DNA of 57,837 bases, the filler included, from Bipalium vagum (Eukaryota): the NCBI GenBank assembly GCA_037834085.1. It is 3 parts of 3 records of this genome, joined end to end, with 100 filler letters (N's around TTAATTAATTAA, not from the genome) between each part and the next. Parts side by side here need not be neighbours in the genome. Positions count along the whole stretch, not along the records: positions 37,043 to 57,837 come from JBBMKC010246768.1; 2 more parts are not named here. One strand, written 5' to 3'. Under the pieces are notes generated by a model. The model saw nothing but the letters and a program-made list of their open reading frames with translations, was not told where the DNA came from and ran no database searches. Made by a program: the position numbers and the translations under genes. Shown piece by piece: positions 38,301 through 57,837 of this stretch (positions are counted from its first letter, which is position 1; each line of letters opens with the position of its first letter).

Positions 38301-39344
38301 TATAGATATAATATAATGACCACATATGTAGTCTTTTTCTAATACCCATTATTGTGTTTATCAGGTTATCAATATTTTCGATACTACTTGAGTTCTTCGA
38401 ATAAATCACAATTGATAGTTTTTTTCACAATATTTCGAATATATTTTTCTTACATTAACCAACACTTAAACAAGTTATAATCAACACTGTCTGAAGCGTC
38501 TACCGGACATTTAAGCGTTTTGAAAGACTGAAAAGTTTCTGATATCAAAAAAGGAACAAGAAAAATTACAGATAGTTTTAATAAAAAAAGGTTTAATACA
38601 ATGATTGAAAGTTTTTAAATAAAATTTTACTTTCGCTGTCTAATTCTCACTTTAGTAAAAATGATGTATGCCCAAAAACGACTGTATTTTTATTAAAAAC
38701 TATTATCATTATGATTATCATTATGAATTTATAATTTAAATAATATTTTATTTTTAAATTTCAATTAATTTTATTCACACAGTTATGTGAACTCGAGTAA
38801 AATAAACAAAAAAATTAACTTTTAGTAAAATTAAGCCGATTGTAAAGTGTTAAGACTGTATATAAAAAAATTTTGCTTGCTTATCAAATTAAAAAACAAT
38901 AATGAATTTAATATAAAAAAAATTAAGAAAAAAAATTTGAAATAAATACAAAGTTTATTTCAATTAAAACAAAAATTATCATTTAAAAACATTTATAAAT
39001 TTGATAAAACTATGTACGCCGCCATAACATAAAAATGTTAGGCTCCTAAAACACAATGATCATATAAAAATTAGAAAAAACACTATTTCTGGATATTATT
39101 CAAGTAAGTCTACTTTCTTCATTTAACTGTTTTTCGTCGTAGCTTATAAATGCATAGGTTTAATAAAATCAAGGTACATTAGTAATATAAAAGATACATT
39201 ATTGAAAAGAACTTGCTTCAAAAGTAGAAAGAAAAAGGTTTCGAGTGTATTAACTTTAAAGTAAAAATCCAGCACAATCCAAAAATAGCTATGCCATAAC
39301 GATAACAACTGTGTTTAGTATGAAGATTTGACATCATCGTCACA

Positions 39345-51599
<12,255 letters not shown>

Positions 51600-52288
51600 G
51601 ATTGCAAAAATATTTTTAATAATAACGTACAATTTGCTGAGTATTAATATAGATATTATCAAAAACAAAGACACAAAGAACCATTTGCTTTTCTAATTGG
51701 AGCAGGCAGTGTTAGAAAATGATAGAGTGCTGCATATGATCCGACAGTTTATTAGATGCAATAATTACTGGCAAATAAACATGAAAAAAATTTTCTACCA
51801 GTTAGAAAAGGCATAAAGGTGACTTTGTTTCCTTCATGAGTCATTCATTACTTTGTATTACTAAGACTTCTAGCAATTTGTATAACTAGCTTTGTTTGTA
51901 TGTAGGCATCTTAAATATATTCTCGGTTGTATATAAGAATAATCAGCTGATTTGAAAAATCGACTACTTATTACAAACAATGACTTTCATTTTATCATTA
52001 GCAGAAAAATTCTTTTATGGGTATTATTTTTTAAATATTAATTATTAATTTTAATTATTTTGTTTTCAATTATTTAGTATTCTATATTGTTTATTTTTAA
52101 TTTTTATAACTTATTTCATAAGTAAAATAAAACCAATTTAGTGAAAAAATGAAAATTTTCTTTCTGTGAAAAAATTAAAAAATAAACTTCAGATTAAAGC
52201 GTTCACAAAATGTTTTGTTTGAATTATTAGTTTTTTCAAATTATAATATGGTATTTATAAATTCTTAGAAATAAATTAAAAAATTTAG
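51600..52288. promoter_or_regulatory. Probable bidirectional promoter / 5' leader region between NLK and TADA3
   Basis: Divergent ATGs about 690 bp apart, with a very AT-rich core; no specific elements identified. Confidence 0.5.
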
Positions 52289-54933
52289 ATGAGGCCAGCT
52301 CTTAACCTCAAAATTGGCTCCGGTAAAGGCTTGATCTCGTCACCAAATATTCACTATGAAACCATAGATATTCCATTAAAGTACCCGGTTTTCAATAAAA
52401 GTAAATATAATAAAATGAAATAATATCAGAAAATTGGTTTTTACGGTTTTAGTACTCAATACTAATGATGTTAAGTTGCTTGATCTTTCGAATTTGCAAG
52501 TTGAAACGGAAAAAATTATGTGCCTACTCGGTTATAGAATGATAAATCTATCATCATTCATTGAAGGAAAACCGTATGTGAATGTTAATGGTGTTTCTCC
52601 ATCATCTTTAAATGGTCAATCGAATTGTTTTTCATCGAATTTACTCTCAAGTTCAACAGATCAACAATGTGGAAATAATTCAAATAGCACGAAAACAGAG
52701 GAATTAATTGTCAAGTCTAGTCCGGAAAAACCATTAGCATTTATAATTGCACAAAATCGTCCATCCACTCGTCGGTCATCGGGAATAGGAAAAAGAAAAA
52801 AACCGAACGACATGATACAGATTGGAATGGAATCTGACAAGTTAGCTACACCGGTCACAACAAATCAAAATAATTACGAAATTCCGAACAAGTTCTGGGA
52901 GTTAATGGAGCCATATTGCGCAGAAATCAATGAAGACCATATCAAAACTCTAGATGCTATGATTCAGTCGTATGAAAACGATATGATTTATTACGAAATG
53001 CCCGAATTACCACCAAGAAATGATACTTCTGAGAACAATTCCTTTAATATTGGTGGACCTGTGTCGAATTTGCGAAAGAATTTGATGAATAATGGTGACG
53101 AAGACGGTGGTGACAATCACCGGTTAAACGGCTTTGTGGATGAGAAGAACGGAATGGATTTATCAAATTTATTAAAGAAAATCGACATTGAAATAAGGTA
53201 GATTGTCTTTTGTAAAATTTGATTATGTGTATTAATGTCACTGTTAATGATTTTTTAATTTTAATCGATATAGTACAAATACGGAGTATGTATTGGTTTT
53301 TGTTCTTTTATCTGTTTTTGATAAATAAATTTGAATTTGTAAATTATATCTGATTTTTAAAATTATATTTTCTGTAGAAGACCATTGTCACAGAAAAAAG
53401 CTTTGGAAGAATTCCCTCGGAAATTTGTCGATAGTTTCGTCAAGGAATCGGAAAATTTCATAAAACTTCACCAGTTAAAGGTGAAAGATGCAAGTATGAT
53501 CTTTTATTAATGATGATGACTCTTTCATCACATGCCCACGGTAATGTTTTCTCTTTGTATAGAGCTTGATGGAAGTATGAAAATTGTTCAACCATCAAAA
53601 TCGATAGCAAAACAATTGAAAGTGAGCAACAGTTTCAAGTTGGAGCGTCATATTAAGAAAACTGTTGACGATTTGGGTCTATGTAATTTCAATCTTCCGT
53701 TTGTTCCGAAACTTAAACCCGAACAGGGTTTGGTAATATCGAATTTTTTGGAAGCTTTAAAATAAACATCGAAAAAATTTAGAAAAATGACAGTGATCAG
53801 CTTGGAATCGCCAAAAGCAATGAGGCCGATATTATCGATCCACTTGTTCTTAATAGCGACAGTGACTATATAGAGCTCAATTTACCACAATTCTCCAATT
53901 CACGAAAAAGAAAAATTGATTTCCGAATCAAGGAAGATAAGATTCAAATTGGGTTGAGCCGCCGACAGGCCGAATTAAAGTTGGTCAGTGAATCCAATCT
54001 CGGAATGCTGAAACGGTTGATGGTGGCCGCAAAAAGAGATTGTAAGCGTCAAGAGATCGAAAGGCGACTAGCGGTGGCTGATGCAGATGTAATTGTTTTA
54101 TTTGATCAAGAGTATTCGATTTATTTAAGTTTAAGTTGATAATTGAACAGATTTTGTCAGATCCGGTTGAGATCACAAAAATGATTTTTTTACCTTAAAA
54201 TTTTTTTAAAATTATGAAAATTGAAGAAATATGATGTTGGTCAAGGTCACAAAAATTATGTTATTAATAGCACTAAAACTTTTTTTGCAAAGGTTCTCAA
54301 CCTCTGGTCGCAAACAGAAATATCGAAATTAGTTATCAAGTGCATATTGCTTAGCTTAAGAGCTTAAATGGCAGAATTTTATTATTTATCGACACTAGGA
54401 TATATTTGTGTTTTTATTTTCTTGATAGGTGTACTTCGCATACGTGCGCATTGAAAATGATGTTGCTATTTCTGTCATGTTATAAATAGGTGGCCATAAT
54501 TCATAGGACCGTGGTAATTTTGTTTTCCTGTTGTTATCATTAGTTCTTTCTCCAATATATCCAATTTCAAAACATTTTTTTACAAAAATGAAATTTTTGA
54601 GGTCGTTAATGAAATATCGCGAGAACCATTATTAATTTCGCAGATATAATTTCATTTTTAAAAGATGTAGAAATCTGAAATAAATTTAATGTTTCAATTT
54701 TGCTATTATCAAATCTTTAGTGCTTAAATTGATTGAAATTATATTATTTCGTGGTAATTATAAAATATTAATTTAATTATCTCTAGGTCATTGAGTGTTA
54801 CAATATAATCGAAAGTTACAGACCAACTCACAAAGTTCCATTAAAAAAAGATCGTGATGCAGCTTACAAAGCTTTGAAGGAACGGAAGAAGATTTTAAAA
54901 GAATTGGAAAGCTTTGATACGGAGTTTTTATGA
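52289..54933 (+). CDS. TADA3: Transcriptional adaptor 3 (SAGA/ATAC HAT module)
   Basis: Exons 52289-52400, 52453-53197, 53378-53493, 53563-53732, 53783-54088, 54787-54933; phases consistent. Motifs LSNLQVETEKIM, PNKFWELMEPYCAEI, RQAELKLVS..N, RQEIERRLAVADADV and KDRDAAYKALKERKKIL. Confidence 0.92.
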
Positions 54934-56230
54934 ATGATGCATTTCAATTGTAAATATGTTTTATAATAAATCACACGTATATGATTTATTGATGTAATGT
55001 AAAAATTTAAATGGATCTAACTTGAGTTATCGCATTTGTGTAATGCTGGTTAACTGAAACGTTTCTTTTTGTAAATAGGTGTTTAATAAATATAAATTTG
55101 AAAAACTGTTTGAAGTAACTTTTAATTTTTGAAAAATTTATCCTTCGTTTCCCCTGAGATTTTAATAAATTATTAAATGTTTTACGTTTCAGAATTTTTT
55201 ATCGATAACCAGAGTCTTCGTCTTATTGAGTTAGTTAATATTAAAAGTTGCAAGTGATGACTAAAAGATTTTGTTTATTTGGAGTTTTGATAATTTTCTT
55301 GGATTTATTATACATTAGATTCTTTACGTTCTGTATTTATTCAAGAAATTCGGCCATTTCTAAGATTTTGAGGAACAACTCTTGTCTAAAATTCATGCGA
55401 TTTTAACGCTTAAGTGTTATATTGTCGAATCTGACCAACTCTAAATTTCTTCAATTTTTACGAATTTGTAAATTATTTTTATTAAACCCTTTTTTACTAA
55501 TTAATATGACCTACTACTTGTGACTTTATAATTAATTCGGTTAAAACAAGAATCCTTCGATATTCGAGTCTTTTTTCTCCGTCTTACTGGACATGAAAGA
55601 TAAAAAGAGAATAGATTAGGAATGTTTGAGCTATATCTAAGTTTAAGTAATAGCTGATAGGAAAGTTACCATATTTTAAAGAAACTGCAAATATTAATAT
55701 AATTTCTGTGGTTAATATAAACGGCTTAGTCAATTTTTTTCAATAAAAATAATTTTATAAAATCATTAAACTTAACTCAAAACAAACAATCATTCAACAA
55801 TAAAAATTGAGTATCAATGTAAACAGAATTTCAAACTATCTAACGTTGAAAACAATATATTGTTTGATTTTATGGTATAATTATAACAATTAGTTTTATT
55901 TTGTGTAGATTGATAATTGGTTAAATAAGTATTTTTGATCAACATTTATACTGATAAAGTTGTAAAAATTTTTATTATGAAAACACGTTCAAAAGACTTT
56001 GTGATGTTATCTTTACAATATAAAAATTAAACAACGAAACATAATTAACTATTCAATGTGTAATCTTCAACAGAAATAAATCTATCTTGAGTCAACCAAA
56101 CTCAGAGTCTCAAACCAATATAATCAAAAATCACTCAATAGTTTTTTAAAAAACATGTTATAAAAATAAATATTGGTTATTATTTGATAATTGTTAATCA
56201 ACTTGACTTCGTACACTACTAGTTTATATA

Positions 56231-56630
56231 TACAGTAAAGTGCAAAAGTCTTTGTCCTCTATATATCAAGTTTTTAAATGTATATTGTTTTTTGAAATAA
56301 GTTTTTGCAAATATGCTTAGTTATAAAAATTAAAATATAAACATGTCAATGTTTATAAATATATTTCTTATTTTTATAGATCCGTGTTAATAAAAATGTC
56401 AAAAATCAAGTAGAGTGATAGCAAGGTGCTCAGATATTTGCATTTTGGAATATTATATATATCTCCAACAGCAAATATCCAGAATAACAAAGACCTCTAA
56501 GAACTGCGAAGTACAATATAAACAAAATCTTAAAGAAAAATATGCGATTGAAGACCGTCTGCGCAAGGGACGACCTTTGAAGAATTAATGCGAGTGACAA
56601 TAACGTGCTTGCTGAATGGATTCACAAGGT
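56231..56630 (+). mobile_element. Tc1-like 5' fragment
   Basis: TA-CAGTAAAGTGCAAAAGT TIR-like start; IEDRLRKGRP motif. Confidence 0.55.
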
Positions 56631-56879
56631 CCCAATCAATTATTAAATTTTAAATTAGATAGTGATGTTGGAGTCGCAGTCAATGTCAACAATATCAAAG
56701 AGGGAAAGAAATTAAAATTGTTTCTATTACTCTTAAACTGAAATAAGTAGCTTTCGCTCGAAATCAAAAACTCATCACTATTCAATGTAGTGTTCGTTTT
56801 TTACTATTATAGCTACACTCAATTGAATCAAAACTCCCACAATTAAAAACTTATTCGCATCCCAAATTGAATAAAAAAC

Positions 56880-57837
56880 AATCACAGTAAAACTTTATTA
56901 AAACGCAAAATTGTACTGTTACACGTGTCACAAAATTCTCAATCAATCAAATAATTAATGCTAGTCAAATTTCTAAAAACCAAAACGTCAATTGATCCAA
57001 TTTCCACAAAAATTAACCCTTCTTTATCGCCACAAGATGAAATGAGTAGTGTCATTTCCATCTACAATATTCCACTTCGTCGGCTGACTTCCAAAGTTTT
57101 CTATCAGTATTTGGGTGTTCCTGTTGTTGTGGAACTCTAAATGAAATCATTACCGATTTGAGTAAGATTGTCAATTGTCCCTTGTTCGGTTGGGAAAAAC
57201 TGAAAGCGTACAAAATCTTTTTGCATTCTCCTTTGGTTTTTCCACTCAGAACTAGAGAAGTAAAAATTAACTCGATCAGCAGACCATTAAAACCTGGTTC
57301 GATTAATGAGAATATAAGTTCAAAAATCAGATCATACTTTAAAAAATCCTGAAACTACCACCACAAGCCAAGTCTAATTACCTCTATTCTCCTATCGAAA
57401 ATGGAGGAGCTGGTTTAACTGATTTGCGTGATGAATATTCTACGTAATGTATTGTACAAGGTTTTCGTCTCTTGACAACATCATGGGATTCTACTCGTAA
57501 AATCATTTCTGACTCTCTTTGTTTTGTCGCGGCTACTCATCTGACCTCATCTGCTCGTAATATTTTGGATTGTCTTCAATGGATTAACGGTGGTAAGACA
57601 AAAAATAACTCAGCATCGAAAAAATCATGGTGGCTGAAAGTGAAACAATCCATTGATTATTTTAGAAAATCTTTAGCTATTTTTATTTCTTTTGAAGTGG
57701 AAAGAGATATGGTTACCCTTCTTATTTCTTCTGAAAGCAGAGGAACCTCTATAAGCTTTATCTCATTTTCTCCATCTTTACATTCAAAGTTCTTACAGTT
57801 TGAAGTGGCACAACAGCAAGCGGAGTAATCTTATTGC
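56880..57837 (+). mobile_element. Decayed RLE-type (R2/NeSL/Utopia-like) non-LTR retrotransposon, RT thumb region; runs off the window end
   Basis: YQYLGVPV, CPLFGWEKLKAYKIFLHSPL and YLYSPIENGGAGL motifs; in-frame stops. Confidence 0.75.

Noticed and set aside
56595-56640. Twister-like words TAAC...GGTCCCAA
   Set aside because: The downstream GAGGG/pseudoknot partners are not correctly placed, and the sequence continues the Tc1 reading frame.

Overview
This is AT-rich eukaryotic (metazoan) genomic DNA, most likely a flatworm/planarian judging by the miR-71/miR-2 sequences, short 45-60 bp GT-AG introns, (AAT)n tracts and dense mariner load. It is not prokaryotic, so many TTG/GTG-started ORFs in the track are exon fragments or noise. 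Spliced genes reconstructed by hand: TSEN2-like tRNA-splicing endonuclease (+, 6 exons), Nemo-like kinase (-, 10 exons), TADA3 (+, 6 exons, head-to-head with NLK), the last 4 exons of a KIF28/KLP-6-like kinesin-3 ending in a CaaX box with no motor exons visible, a secreted pacifastin-like Cys-rich protein, a small C2H2 zinc-finger gene with decayed neighbours, and two orphan ORFs. A miR-71/miR-2 microRNA cluster lies at about 2.8-2.9 kb. The remainder is mostly decayed transposons: mariner, Tc1, maT, pogo/Tigger, Merlin, Penelope, RLE-type non-LTR elements and a solo LTR nested in a Tc1-like element. There are two 100-bp scaffold gaps with an artificial TTAATTAATTAA linker. I found no clearly new biological system. 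The best leads are the motor-less prenylated kinesin tail, the pacifastin-like secreted protein, a structured spliced non-coding region upstream of the zinc-finger gene, and an unclassified repeat family with conserved motifs.
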